DNA of 64,000 bases from Bdellovibrionales bacterium (GCA_965262715.1 OZ253553.1:2400001-2464000); one strand, 5' to 3'. Shown: positions 40,349 to 52,731, numbered from the stretch's first letter. The notes: generated by a model from the sequence alone, not told the origin. A program made the numbers and translations.

Positions 40349-41115
40349 AAAAGTTTACTTAAAAAGAAATCCCCAACAAGAATCAACAGAGAGGATGTGA
40401 CCACACCCTTTGTTGTAGCAATACCAACTCCTTTTGTTCCTTTTCCCGTGTTTAATCCATAGTAACAAGATACAAATGCTACAATTAAAGCAAAAACAAA
40501 TGTTTTTAGAAAACCACTTAGAAAATCAAAAAAACTCACTGTCGCTGAAACATTTCTCATAAAAAATAAGGGATCTAATCCCAATTCAAATGCCCCTACT
40601 GTAATAGCCCCAATAAGACTAAAAACATTTGCGATAAGAGTCAGTAAAGGAAGTGCAATCGCACAAGCTATTACACGAGGAATCACAAGTCTTTTTATGG
40701 GTGAAGTTCCAAGTGCTTTGATGGCATCAACTTGTTGAGTGATCATCATAGAGCTTAATTCAGAGGAGATACCAGCACCTACACGAGCTGCAAACATTAA
40801 ACTTGTAAACACAGGCCCCATTTCCTTCACAATTGACATGGCCACCAAGTGAGGAACATAGAGCTTAGCCCCAAATTTCTCCAAGCCTAAGCCAAACTGC
40901 ATCGACATTACCATTCCTGTGGAAATAGTAGCAACTATAATCAATGCTAGAGATCTTGAACCAACATGATATATCTGATCTATTGTAAGTTTGAAATAAT
41001 AAGGAGGTCTAAAAAACTCCTTAATTGTAGTTATTATAAGCAGGCATGTGCCCCCTAAAAAATGAAATTTACTTAAAACAAAAGTGCCTAAAGAGGCTAC
41101 TAAAGAAGAAGTCAC
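40315..41115 (-). CDS. mlaE: MlaE-like ABC permease
   Basis: EMGPV, ARVGA, QVDA, LVIPR, GVG.ATT..VV. Confidence 0.92.
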   Translation of the reverse strand: MTSSLVASLGTFVLSKFHFLGGTCLLIITTIKEFFRPPYYFKLTIDQIYHVGSRSLALIIVATISTGMVMSMQFGLGLEKFGAKLYVPHLVAMSIVKEMGPVFTSLMFAARVGAGISSELSSMMITQQVDAIKALGTSPIKRLVIPRVIACAIALPLLTLIANVFSLIGAITVGAFELGLDPLFFMRNVSATVSFFDFLSGFLKTFVFALIVAFVSCYYGLNTGKGTKGVGIATTKGVVTSSLLILVGDFFLSKLFWEIQLWLSLK

Positions 41116-41636
41116 TGAACCTTAAATCCATCAATAAAGCTACTAAAAGCATCTTTACTCTTATCAAAATGTTCTGTAAGACCAATAAAGCTTAGTGTAT
41201 AGCTACATGAGTTTTTCTTAAAAATGACAAATTCTAAATTCACCTTCACACCATCTAATTGACCTGATACAAAAATTCTTTCAGCTTGTCTGCTGTTGTA
41301 TTCCATACGTGTTCTTTTTAAAATCTTTCGATCTAAAAGCTCTGATGTTGATTTTTGTAGTATAGTCTCTAAATCAGGGTCTATTGATTCATTACAAATC
41401 GATTGATAAGATATAATATTTCCCGTCTCTTCATCAATCCATGCCTTATCTGCGCCAGCTTGTTGCGTCTCAAAAAAAGGAGATGAAGGCTCTTGATAAG
41501 AAACTGATTGTGACTTTTTAGTGTCTGGAGAAATTTTAAACGAAATACAAGCAGAACAAATCATCAATAAAAAAACACAAAGCCATAATGATCCAAAATA
41601 CCTATACCTATACATAGACCTCAAAAAAATATTCAT
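41112..41636 (-). CDS. Putative lipoprotein (DcrB/PsbP-like)
   Basis: Lipobox-like CSAC after a hydrophobic stretch; first gene of the mla operon. Confidence 0.55.
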   Translation of the reverse strand: MNIFLRSMYRYRYFGSLWLCVFLLMICSACISFKISPDTKKSQSVSYQEPSSPFFETQQAGADKAWIDEETGNIISYQSICNESIDPDLETILQKSTSELLDRKILKRTRMEYNSRQAERIFVSGQLDGVKVNLEFVIFKKNSCSYTLSFIGLTEHFDKSKDAFSSFIDGFKVQ

Positions 41637-42215
41637 AACTTTTTAAATTCCTTTGTCCTTCTATCAATCGGATATATAAAAAAAGCATCAAATAGACGAA
41701 CGTTATAAAAAGTCAATAAAATATACCTACTAGAGTCCTGGTTTTATAACTCATATAGAAGTTGACTGGACGCACTATCCTCTCATCTCAGTTTAAGAAA
41801 TATGAAAATGCTTAAATACTTAGAGATACTAGGTCAATCATATAAATATAATTATGATACGAAATCACAGGCACAAAAGTTATAGCCGTTAAGTCAAAGA
41901 CATCTAAAATATATGCATGATACATGCATTCTACTGATTTTAATAAAGAAAACCCTAAATATGTAAAAAAATCAACACTTATTTTTTATTTGATCGAAAA
42001 GAACTCTAGGTGGTCAAACCAAAAAATGTTAAATAAGAAAATAAAGTTCTTCAGTTATAACAGTAACTTAAACTAAAAACCCTACCTATAAATGTCAGGA
42101 ATATAAAGATTTATTTGAAAGTCCATCATTCTAACCATATTGTCACTTTGCTTCAAAAATATTTTTTTTATAAATTAAGATTGCTCCTTTCAAAAAGAAT
42201 GCGTAAATCATTTGT

Positions 42216-42785
42216 ATGCAGACTCAAAATTTTCCTCCACAAGCCTATAGTAAAGAAACCATATCAGAAGCCTTCATGTGGCTACAATCTCAGCCTGATG
42301 AAATCAAGAAAAGAGCTACTCACACAGAAGCATTGCTTTCTCTTTATTTGAAAAACAAAAGCCAAAAGTATTGGGCTGCCAAAACAAATACCTCTATTAA
42401 CAATAGTGTGAATGATTTTAACGACCAACTCCAAGAAATAGCCTTAGAGGTATCTCCTAACCAAACTCAACCACACGCTAATGGAAATACCTTGATAACA
42501 GAGCCTGATTTTAATAACCCTCTATCTCATAGATTAAATGACCCTAGCCACTCTACAACCGTCAACTTCATCAACAAAAAAGAAGAAGGCCATACTTTAG
42601 ATACAAAACAAGATATAGAAGATATGCTAGATGAAAAAAGCTTAACTTCACTTCATAGAACAAAAGCAAAGTTCAATTTAAGCTCTAATAAAGAAGCTGC
42701 TCGCCTCTTAATCTCTTTAGGATTCGAACAGGTCAAATCACTTATGCCTGACAAGCCTGCTCAATCTGATTCAGAAAATCACTAA
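42216..42785 (+). CDS. Hypothetical protein
   Basis: 189-aa ORF with ordered N- and C-terminal segments and a polar linker. Confidence 0.6.
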   Translation: MQTQNFPPQAYSKETISEAFMWLQSQPDEIKKRATHTEALLSLYLKNKSQKYWAAKTNTSINNSVNDFNDQLQEIALEVSPNQTQPHANGNTLITEPDFNNPLSHRLNDPSHSTTVNFINKKEEGHTLDTKQDIEDMLDEKSLTSLHRTKAKFNLSSNKEAARLLISLGFEQVKSLMPDKPAQSDSENH

Positions 42786-42892
42786 CTGTGAGAATATCAT
42801 CTTTTTTTCTAACATTTGTCCTTCTTATTTATCTTATAATGAAACATAAAATTTTTACTACAACCCTAAATTTCATCTAAAAAAGGTGAAAA

Positions 42893-43726
42893 ATGATAGA
42901 ACTACTGCGATCTCTCACCAAACAGCTTTTTATGTCTCCATCACCTCGAATAGATGCAGAGATTCTTTTAGCCTATGTTTTAAATGTACGAAGAGAAGAA
43001 CTTCTATGTTTAAATCACAAACTCACATCTAAAGAAAAAACTTTATTAGATAAGTGTCTTTCTAAAAGAAAAAAAGGACAACCCATCCAATATATCACTC
43101 AACATGTAGAGTTTTATGGAACTTCCTTTTATGTCAAAGAAGGAGTCTTTATTCCAAGACCTGAAACAGAAATATTAGTTACTTGGGTCCTAAATCATAT
43201 AAAGCCCCATAACAGATTGTTAGATATGGGAGCAGGTACAGGTTGTATTGGATTGACCTTAGCTCTGATAAGATCTGACATCTATATATATGCTTGGGAA
43301 AAATCATCTGTTGCACTTGATGCCCTGCGTCGAAATTATCAAAAGAAAAAATCTCCTCCAAACTATAGTTTTGAATCTTTTGATATCACCTGTAATGCAA
43401 TAAAAGCAAATCACCAAAAAAAATATAACATAGTAGTATCTAATCCTCCTTATATTGGACGTTCTGATCAACATATTGATCCTCTTGTCAAAAAACATGA
43501 ACCCCACTTGGCATTATTTTCCGGGCCAACTGGATGTGAATGTTTGGATAGCTGGTCTCGTATTGCTTATGCTGTTCTTGTAAAAAATGGAAGGATTTGT
43601 TTTGAGATAGGATTTCAACAAGCTCTTCACGCTATAGAAATTTTTCAAAAAAATGGTTTTGTAGATATTAAAATCATCAAAGATAGTGCTGGATTGAATC
43701 GAATCATTGTAGCAAAAAAGACATAA
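42893..43726 (+). CDS. prmC: Release factor glutamine methyltransferase
   Basis: PIQYI, FIPRPETE, DMGAGTG, VSNPPY. Confidence 0.94.
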   Translation: MIELLRSLTKQLFMSPSPRIDAEILLAYVLNVRREELLCLNHKLTSKEKTLLDKCLSKRKKGQPIQYITQHVEFYGTSFYVKEGVFIPRPETEILVTWVLNHIKPHNRLLDMGAGTGCIGLTLALIRSDIYIYAWEKSSVALDALRRNYQKKKSPPNYSFESFDITCNAIKANHQKKYNIVVSNPPYIGRSDQHIDPLVKKHEPHLALFSGPTGCECLDSWSRIAYAVLVKNGRICFEIGFQQALHAIEIFQKNGFVDIKIIKDSAGLNRIIVAKKT

Positions 43727-43779
43727 GTGAATTCATGTTTAAAAAGATTATCAAATACAAAATATAGGAGTTACAACTA

Positions 43780-45039
43780 ATGGACAAAATGGTTATTCAT
43801 GGTGGACAAAGATTATCAGGGCAAGTCTCTACAAGTGGTTGTAAAAATGCTGTTTTACCTATTTTATTTTCTACTCTACTTACAGAAGGAAGATGCTGTT
43901 TCGAAAATGTACCCTACCTTAGAGATATAGACTCTTCTTTTTCACTTCTAAAAGAGTTAGGAGCCACCATAGAAAGAAAAGACCATCACTTCAGTACCCA
44001 AATTTCCAAAATAAAAAGTGTCAAAGCTCCTTATGATTTTGTCAGTAAAATGCGAGCAGGCATTTTGTGTTTAGGACCTCTTTTAGCAAGGTGTCAAAGA
44101 GCTATTGTCAGCCTCCCAGGAGGGTGTGCAATAGGAACAAGACCTGTAGACCAACATTTAGAAGCACTCAAATTAATGGGAGCAGATTTCCAAATTAAAG
44201 ATGGCTATATTCATGGTAAGTGTCGAGACCTTAGAGGTGCTCATATTATTTTTGATCAGGTCACTGTAGGAGGAACAGAAAATATTTTAATGGCAGCTGT
44301 ACTGGCTAAGGGAGAAACCATCATTGAGAATGCTGCTAAAGAACCAGAAGTGACTGCTTTAATTCATTATTTAAATCATCTAGGAGCTAAAATTTCAGGA
44401 ACTGGTAGCAGCTTCTTAAAAATAGAAGGTGTCCAAGCTCTCAAATCAACATCAGAAAGTTATATGATTATTCCTGATCGTATAGAAGCAGGCACACTCT
44501 TAATAGCAGGTGCTATAACAGGTGGAGATGTAAAAGTAACTAACTGTATCCCATCACATTTAAAAACATTAACCGATAAGTTAAAAGAAGCTGGCTTTTG
44601 TCTAGAGGAAGGTAAAGATTGGATTAGAGTTCTACCATGCGCTTCATTTCAAGCTGTAGATATATCAACAACACCTTACCCTGGCTTTCCCACAGACTTA
44701 CAAGCCCAATTTATGGCACTTATGACACAGGCTAAGGGTGTAAGCGTGATTACAGAAAACATTTTTGAAAATCGTTTTATGCATGTGCAAGAACTTAAAA
44801 GATTAGGAGCTAATATCACTCCTAAAACAAAGGTGGCTATTGTGAGGGGACCAACAAAATTAAGAGGCGCAAGCCTGATTGCTACAGACTTAAGGGCAAG
44901 TGCAAGCCTCATTTTAGCAGCTCTTGTTGCAGAAAATACCACAACAGTCCACCGTGTATACCACTTAGATAGAGGATATGAAAAATTAGAACAAAAACTA
45001 TCCTCATTAGGTGGTAATATAGTAAGAAGGAGTGTTTAA
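43780..45039 (+). CDS. murA: UDP-N-acetylglucosamine 1-carboxyvinyltransferase
   Basis: KNAVLP, LPGGCAIGTRP, PGFPTD, ATDLRA, HLDRGYE. Confidence 0.98.
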   Translation: MDKMVIHGGQRLSGQVSTSGCKNAVLPILFSTLLTEGRCCFENVPYLRDIDSSFSLLKELGATIERKDHHFSTQISKIKSVKAPYDFVSKMRAGILCLGPLLARCQRAIVSLPGGCAIGTRPVDQHLEALKLMGADFQIKDGYIHGKCRDLRGAHIIFDQVTVGGTENILMAAVLAKGETIIENAAKEPEVTALIHYLNHLGAKISGTGSSFLKIEGVQALKSTSESYMIIPDRIEAGTLLIAGAITGGDVKVTNCIPSHLKTLTDKLKEAGFCLEEGKDWIRVLPCASFQAVDISTTPYPGFPTDLQAQFMALMTQAKGVSVITENIFENRFMHVQELKRLGANITPKTKVAIVRGPTKLRGASLIATDLRASASLILAALVAENTTTVHRVYHLDRGYEKLEQKLSSLGGNIVRRSV

Positions 45040-45044
45040 AAATA

Positions 45045-48000
45045 ATGTCTCAAAATGTACCACAACCACAATGGATGATTAAGGATACAGAAGGAAACCT
45101 TTCTGGCCCTCACAGTCTACAAGCGATAATTGATCTTATCTATGAAGGAACACTTATAGGCACAGAGAAAATATCAGAATATCCAGGTGGTTTATGGAAA
45201 ACTCTTTCTCAGTGCCATCAATTTTATGATCCTTTATTTTCTGCTCTCGCAAACAAAAATTTACCTCAAAAAATTGAAGATTCTTCTCCTCTTCCTTCAA
45301 GTGATGATGTAAATAATCAAGAAGAACTTAACGAGAATGAAGATCATCAAAACCTCTACACAGAAAATATAAGCGAAGAAAGTATAAATAAGGAATCAAA
45401 CTGTCCAATAGTAGAAGATGCTAATATAGGTTCTTTTTCTCAAGCTAAAAAGATATCAAACGAGAAACAAGAACGAACTATGTTAGTTGAAAGCATTTCT
45501 AGCAAAGATAAGTTGTTTGACACTTATGAAAAGCATCCATCTAAAAAGAATATACTACATTCCAAGAGTGCTTCAAATTATACTAACCAAAATAGTTCTC
45601 CACTTCCAGACTTTTCAAATAATGAATTACTGCCACAACACAGCAAAGCAAAACTACCAGCTTTAGCTACACCTATCACTAAGAAGCCCAAAAAAGCACC
45701 TAAAAGAAAACCTAGAATATTTTTTATCTTTTTCTTTATCATTATTAGTTATTTTCTACTTATAGATGATAACGATAACAACAAGCAAGATGAAAAATTT
45801 GCAAGATTGATAGCTCCTCAAAAGTTTAATATAGGACAGCTTCCACAACCTGAAATAAGAAAGCGTTTTCAAAAAGCTATTAAATTATTTTATAGAAGTA
45901 CCTATCTTGATTATATCAAAGCACAAACTGAGTTAGTAGACCTTGCAGAGCAGGCTTCAGATATTCCTGATATCTTAGGATTGCTCTGCTTAACACATAG
46001 AGAACTTTGGCCTTACTCTAAAAAAACAAACCAAGACCTTGAAGCAGTTTCTTCCCTTTCACAAAGAATATCAAAAGTACAAGCTATAGGCATTCATCAA
46101 GACCAATGTAATATTGTAAAATATCTTTTTTCAAACCAGATAAAAATAGCTAAAGATGTAATAAATAAAGTTTTAGAAGATTACCCAAATGCTCCTGTAC
46201 TTTATGATTTGAAAGCAGAAATATTAGCTAAAGAGAAAAAATACAGTGAAGCTATTGCCTTTATTCAAAGAGCTAGAAATATTTCCAGCGAGTGGAATTC
46301 ATGGCTCAAGCTTTATATTCAAGAGGCAGAGTATCAAATAGCAGATCAAAAATATATACATGCAGCTGATATTCTAAGACCACTGCACTCTAAATTCCCA
46401 TCTCATGTCTTAATATCCGTACTCCTAGGATATTTAGATTTAAGGTTTCTTGATAACCAGAAACAAGGAGTTGAGCTTATCCAAAAAGGACTGCAATCTG
46501 AAGAAGTGTTATTGTCTAAGACCTATAGTAAAGTCACACTAGCTTTAGCCCAATATCATGAAAAGCAGAAAAACCCAAAAATGGCTTTAGATTTTGCTAA
46601 AAAAAGCTACCAAAAAAGTTTTTACAATACCAATGCAGAAAACATAATATTGCGATTAGGAGGAATCAAAGCTATACAATCTATGCAAACAACAGAAGAT
46701 CAACTCATTGCTACAGGAGACGCTTTTTATAACAGAAAAATGTTTATAGAAGCACAAGCCAAGTACCAAATAGCTTACGAAGAAAATCCAAAAAGTGCTA
46801 AAGCAGCCTTAAGAGCAGCTAAATGTCTATGGGAATTAAATTTAACAGAAGAGAGTATAAAATGGGCTAAAAAGGCCCTTGTGGCTGATCCTAAATTGGT
46901 AGAGGCATACACCACACTGTCAGATTACCTCACTCAAAGATATCATTTTGATGCCGCCATTGCCCTACTTTTACGTGCTGCAAAAAGAATACCTCGAAAT
47001 TACAAAATCTTACAAAGTATTGCATCAGTGGAATTTAAAAGACCAAATTATAAAAGCGCCGAATCTTTTGCAAGAAAAGCTCTTAAACTAAATGATGCTG
47101 ATATAACTACAAACACTTTATTAGCTGAAATTCTTTATGAAACAAAAAAATATAATGAAGCCTTTCATATTATTGCTAAATCTATGGAAATAGGAGGAAA
47201 CCAGATACAAATCCACAGGCTTTATGGAAAAACAATAGCTGCTATAAAAGGAGAAGCTTCTGGAGTGAAACATTTGACAGGCCTCATTAACACCTATCCC
47301 AACATTGTAGATTATCAAATAGCTTTATCTGAGGTTCATTTGGCTTATCATAATTATGCAAAAGCAAAGGATGTTTTAGAAAAAGCAATAGTCATTAATC
47401 CTGAAGAAAAAAAAGCTTATATGTTATTAGGTGAAACTTATTCAAAGATGGTAGATGATAAGAATGCGCTAAATAAAGCATTAAAATCTTACCTGCAGGT
47501 TGCTATTAAAGACCCTTTTGATGTAAGGCCTTTATTTGAAATTGGACTTATTTACATGAGAACTAAAAAGTATGCAGACGCTATTAAACAGTTTGGAAGG
47601 GTTTTAAGAATTAATGAAAGTTATCCTAAAGCCCATTTCTATCAAGGGACCTCTTATTTCTTTTTAGGACTAAGTAATCAAGCACTTGCTGCAACAAAAA
47701 AAGAAAAACAAATCAACCCAAGTCTTGCTGAACCTTACCTACTTGCTGGAGATATTTATATGAATGTTGGACTTTACAAGAAAGCTATTTTAGAATTTCA
47801 AAGAGCTATTAAATTACGTCCACAGGGGGCGCAGATTTATGTCTCCTTGGCTAAAGCTTATAGATTTTCTAATGAGTTTGATGTTGCTGAACAAATGATT
47901 AAACAAGCTGAACGACTAGAAAATGGTAATCCAAAGGTTTACAAAGAACAAGGAGCAATTTATGAAAGTAGAGGAGAAGTACAAAGAGCTATTGCAGTTT

Positions 48001-48083
48001 ATGAACAATACCTTCAAATATCTCCAAACGCCAATGATAGACAAGTTATTAGATCAAAAATTTCACAACTTGCTCAGCAATAA
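45045..48083 (+). CDS. Large membrane-anchored TPR protein with N-terminal GYF_2-like domain
   Basis: W...GNLSGP N-terminus, disordered linker, TM, many TPR repeats. Confidence 0.85.
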   Translation: MSQNVPQPQWMIKDTEGNLSGPHSLQAIIDLIYEGTLIGTEKISEYPGGLWKTLSQCHQFYDPLFSALANKNLPQKIEDSSPLPSSDDVNNQEELNENEDHQNLYTENISEESINKESNCPIVEDANIGSFSQAKKISNEKQERTMLVESISSKDKLFDTYEKHPSKKNILHSKSASNYTNQNSSPLPDFSNNELLPQHSKAKLPALATPITKKPKKAPKRKPRIFFIFFFIIISYFLLIDDNDNNKQDEKFARLIAPQKFNIGQLPQPEIRKRFQKAIKLFYRSTYLDYIKAQTELVDLAEQASDIPDILGLLCLTHRELWPYSKKTNQDLEAVSSLSQRISKVQAIGIHQDQCNIVKYLFSNQIKIAKDVINKVLEDYPNAPVLYDLKAEILAKEKKYSEAIAFIQRARNISSEWNSWLKLYIQEAEYQIADQKYIHAADILRPLHSKFPSHVLISVLLGYLDLRFLDNQKQGVELIQKGLQSEEVLLSKTYSKVTLALAQYHEKQKNPKMALDFAKKSYQKSFYNTNAENIILRLGGIKAIQSMQTTEDQLIATGDAFYNRKMFIEAQAKYQIAYEENPKSAKAALRAAKCLWELNLTEESIKWAKKALVADPKLVEAYTTLSDYLTQRYHFDAAIALLLRAAKRIPRNYKILQSIASVEFKRPNYKSAESFARKALKLNDADITTNTLLAEILYETKKYNEAFHIIAKSMEIGGNQIQIHRLYGKTIAAIKGEASGVKHLTGLINTYPNIVDYQIALSEVHLAYHNYAKAKDVLEKAIVINPEEKKAYMLLGETYSKMVDDKNALNKALKSYLQVAIKDPFDVRPLFEIGLIYMRTKKYADAIKQFGRVLRINESYPKAHFYQGTSYFFLGLSNQALAATKKEKQINPSLAEPYLLAGDIYMNVGLYKKAILEFQRAIKLRPQGAQIYVSLAKAYRFSNEFDVAEQMIKQAERLENGNPKVYKEQGAIYESRGEVQRAIAVYEQYLQISPNANDRQVIRSKISQLAQQ

Positions 48084-48086
48084 TAT

Positions 48087-48347
48087 GTGTGTATGAAACT
48101 TGTAACTTTTATTTCCAGAATCATGACAGGGTTTGTTTTTGGTTGGGTTTTTGCTATTATCGGCAGAGAAATCATTGGAACATTTATAGGATATCCTCTC
48201 TTTGTCTTTTGGTTTATTCTTTCTTTCTTATTATTATCTTTTTTAAGATTAACACGTTCCTGGACCTTAACAGATATAGGGATTTTTAATGTTATCTTCT
48301 TCACTGTTGGTTATCTAATAAAAACTTATATTACCATAGCACCTTAA
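48087..48347 (+). CDS. Small integral membrane protein
   Basis: About three hydrophobic helices; follows the TPR gene. Confidence 0.6.
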   Translation: MCMKLVTFISRIMTGFVFGWVFAIIGREIIGTFIGYPLFVFWFILSFLLLSFLRLTRSWTLTDIGIFNVIFFTVGYLIKTYITIAP

Positions 48348-48459
48348 TTTATAGCCCTCAAATCTTGATCCAACCTACTTGACACATCCATTCCATGTGA
48401 ACAATCATTTTAGAAGAATTAAAGCAACGTAACACTACATATTCAAAAGGAGAATAACA

Positions 48460-49260
48460 ATGCTATTTTCACATTTTAAAAGAATGTTTATATTTTTTAC
48501 CTTTATCACAACAGTAATAAACCATTTTTCTATAGCACAGGAAGACATTGATGATGGTCTAAGTCTAATAAGAAATAGCTTTGACGGAAATATTGAAACA
48601 GTCATGTTCTTGATAGATCAGGGAGTTGACCCGAATACAAAAAGTGCCAACGCCACCCCATTGACAGCCGCAGCTATTGGATACAACTTTGGTATAATGA
48701 AACTATTATTACAAAAAGGAGCAGATCCCAATCCTTATAGATTCCTGAATGAGAGATGCACACTGATTATTTCTTTAATGGAATACCACACATCAGACGA
48801 CTCTCTCCTTTTTGAAGCAATAAGAATTTTACTAGAAGGGGGAGCAAATCCTAACTCACATAGTGGACATTTGTCTAATATAACAGCTTTAATGCCAGCT
48901 AGTGAGAAAGCAGGAAGTGACGGAGATTATGGAGAGAAGTCATTAGAATTGACCAGGCTTTTATTAGAATACCATGCAGATCCTAATGAGCGGGATGAAC
49001 ATGGGCACACAGCACTTATGGGTGCCGAATTCAAAGCAGGAGCTGAGCTTTTATTGGCATTTGGAGCAGATCCTAATATGCAAGCGAATGATGGAGGCAC
49101 AGCACTAATGCATGCTAGTAGAATAGGTAATTTAGATTTAATTAATACCCTATTAGAGTGGGGGGCAGATCCTGGTATACCAGATAATGAAGGTAACACA
49201 GCTACAATCTTAGCTAAAAACCAGGAAGTATCCCAATATCTGGAGAATTGGAGAAAGTGA
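48460..49260 (+). CDS. Secreted ankyrin-repeat protein
   Basis: Signal peptide; repeated TPL/TALM...LL..GADPN. Confidence 0.93.
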   Translation: MLFSHFKRMFIFFTFITTVINHFSIAQEDIDDGLSLIRNSFDGNIETVMFLIDQGVDPNTKSANATPLTAAAIGYNFGIMKLLLQKGADPNPYRFLNERCTLIISLMEYHTSDDSLLFEAIRILLEGGANPNSHSGHLSNITALMPASEKAGSDGDYGEKSLELTRLLLEYHADPNERDEHGHTALMGAEFKAGAELLLAFGADPNMQANDGGTALMHASRIGNLDLINTLLEWGADPGIPDNEGNTATILAKNQEVSQYLENWRK

Positions 49261-49397
49261 AAGAGGATTCTTTTTAGCATAAGCATTACTCATTTGCTGT
49301 AAATATCTGGGTAATTTGTTAAGAAGAGAAAACAGTGCAAGGAATTTTTCCTTGTACTTAATTTAAATTGCAGAACCAATATTTACCTGACAAGTTT

Positions 49398-50389
49398 TTA
49401 GAGTGTATCTAAATCTATTGCATCTAGATAGAGTTTTGTTTTTACAGGACAAGTCTCTGCAGCATCTCTTAAGCCGATGGGATACTGTTGTCCTTCTCTA
49501 TATTGATTTCCAAAGTCTCCTCGGATTGAAAATAACTCTTCTAAAGTTCTTGTCTAAGGGTTGAGTCTTCGTTTATATCGATCCCTTGTAGAAACGATTC
49601 TTGCAAATAAAAAACACTCATAATTGATTTTGCTTCTTTTGGTTCATGGTTTCGATCCAAATCAAAATGCCCTAATTCATGAAAAATGAGCATCTCCTTT
49701 ACATTCTCAGGGCGAGTGAACCACGCATCGTAGTTTATAAGGATATGCTTGCTACTAGGGATGTAGTAGGTTGTGCCTTGAAGAGTGAATTTTTCTGCTA
49801 ACCGGCTGAACTGTCTCCAGACTTCGCTATCTGATCTATAAAAAAGGATTTTGACAGGGTAATCAAACCCTTCTTGACCTGTTATTTCTTTTTTGGTGAA
49901 TAGGTATCTTTCGATATAAGGCAAAAACTCAGAGTGTGTTTCCGCATCTATCCATGTCTGAGGGGAATCAGAGATACACTCTACTGGCACAATGTCACCA
50001 AGATTAATGGAAGAGAAGACTTGAGAAGCATCTGAGTTAGGTTCCAGGTCTGCTTCCCTTTCTATTAAAATTTTTGCAACTTTTTGATTTCTTTTTATAA
50101 TGGCCCAATAAAGGGCAGTTCGTCCTAGAATATCTCGCTTGTTTATATCTGCTCCTGCTTCTAAGAGTGTCATTGTGATTTCTGTACGTTCAAAAAAAAT
50201 CGAATGAAAAAGAAGAGTTTCTCCCACAAGATTTATTGTATCAACATCTGCCCCTGTGTCTAAAAACTCTTTAACCTGGTCAAGATCACCTATGAGAATG
50301 GCAGTAAACACATCAATATATTGGCCTTGAGCATAAGCAAGGCTATGCAAACATAATAAGAGTGATGAAATAGACAGTAATTTTTTAAT
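49398..50389 (-). pseudogene. Secreted ankyrin + HExxH metallopeptidase protein; ATT start and C-terminal frameshift
   Basis: Ankyrin repeats; HELGHFDLDRNH...SIM; signal peptide opens at ATT after AAAGGA; LEELF tail continues in another frame after 49541. Confidence 0.65.
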
Positions 50390-50601
50390 AAAGTGTCCTT
50401 TAACTTCAAAAATTATATATCTATTGATTTTTTAAGTTCCTAATTTCAAGTTGAAAGTAGTTTGTTCTACTTATATTTTCTGTTATAAACTTAAATCCTA
50501 TATACATTATATCTATTGCTCTCCCGACTTGTCATCCATGAAATCTAATTTATCATTATAATAAACATTAATTTTATATAAAAGAGATTGATCCTTTTTA
50601 G

Positions 50602-50760
50602 CTAAAATAACATAGCCGTATCATAATAACCTAAAAGACTAGCAAGCCTCCAAGCTGCATGACCAACTTCACTCTCATAATTAGGATCAACTCCGAATTC
50701 CAACAATAACTCCATTATTGGTATAACCTCGAACATAAAGATGGAGGATCCCAAGCTAAA
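50602..50760 (-). pseudogene. Ankyrin-repeat gene fragment
   Basis: Hand translation IMELLLEFGVDPNYESEVGHAAWRLASLLGYYDTAML. Confidence 0.6.
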
Positions 50761-50768
50761 AGTTTTAA

Positions 50769-51347
50769 CAGTTCATCCCCGCAGGTGCGGGGAACATTGT
50801 TTTCTTTAAGGAGGGGTTTAACAACATTACCGGTTCATCCCCGCAGGTGCGGGGAACATATACAGACATTAAAGATATGCTTTACTCATATCGGTTCATC
50901 CCCGCAGGTGCGGGGAACATCTCATGCAGTTTGAAAACCAAATCAGTCATTTCGGTTCATCCCCGCAGGTGCGGGGAACATACCCAGATTTTTAAGCCAA
51001 CAAAAACCTCTGTCGGTTCATCCCCGCAGGTGCGGGGAACATCTCTATAATCAGAGTTTAACAGTTCTGGTATCCGGTTCATCCCCGCAGGTGCGGGGAA
51101 CATTACTTGAGCCATTTTGTAAGCCGGCTCTTTGGCGGTTCATCCCCGCAGGTGCGGGGAACATTTTTACCTTAAAGGCATAGTTTGAATCTAAACCGGT
51201 TCATCCCCGCAGGTGCGGGGAACATGCAAAACATAGAAACCTTAAATAATAAAGGGACGGTTCATCCCCGCAGGTGCGGGGAACATTGGATCAAGTGCAT
51301 AATACTTAGCAAACCTTCCGGTTCATCCCCGCAGGTGCGGGGAACAT
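50769..51347 (-). CRISPR. Type I-E CRISPR array: 10 repeats of 29 bp (ATGTTCCCCGCACCTGCGGGGATGAACCG), 9 spacers of 32-33 bp
   Basis: Repeats start at 50769, 50831, 50892, 50953, 51014, 51075, 51136, 51197, 51258, 51319; the leader-distal repeat has one mismatch. Confidence 0.99.
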
Positions 51348-51411
51348 ACTTCTTATAACTTATTAAAATATCAAAGAAATTTTAATATGAAACCTTTTAC
51401 CATTTAATATC
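51348..51411 (-). promoter_or_regulatory. CRISPR leader (AT-rich, probably extends into the cas2 3' end)
   Basis: Lies between the cas2 stop and the first intact repeat. Confidence 0.7.
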
Positions 51412-52676
<1,265 letters not shown>

Positions 52677-52731
52677 ACTTGCCTTTAAATTATAAATTTT
52701 ATATTCCTTTTACTTGCCATAAAAACTTAAT

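Noticed and set aside
48927..49286. 119-aa antisense ORF and other short ORFs antisense to or nested in known genes
   Set aside because: Shadow frames of well-supported genes
50847..51050. 67-aa ORF inside the CRISPR array
   Set aside because: Artefact of repeat-spacer sequence
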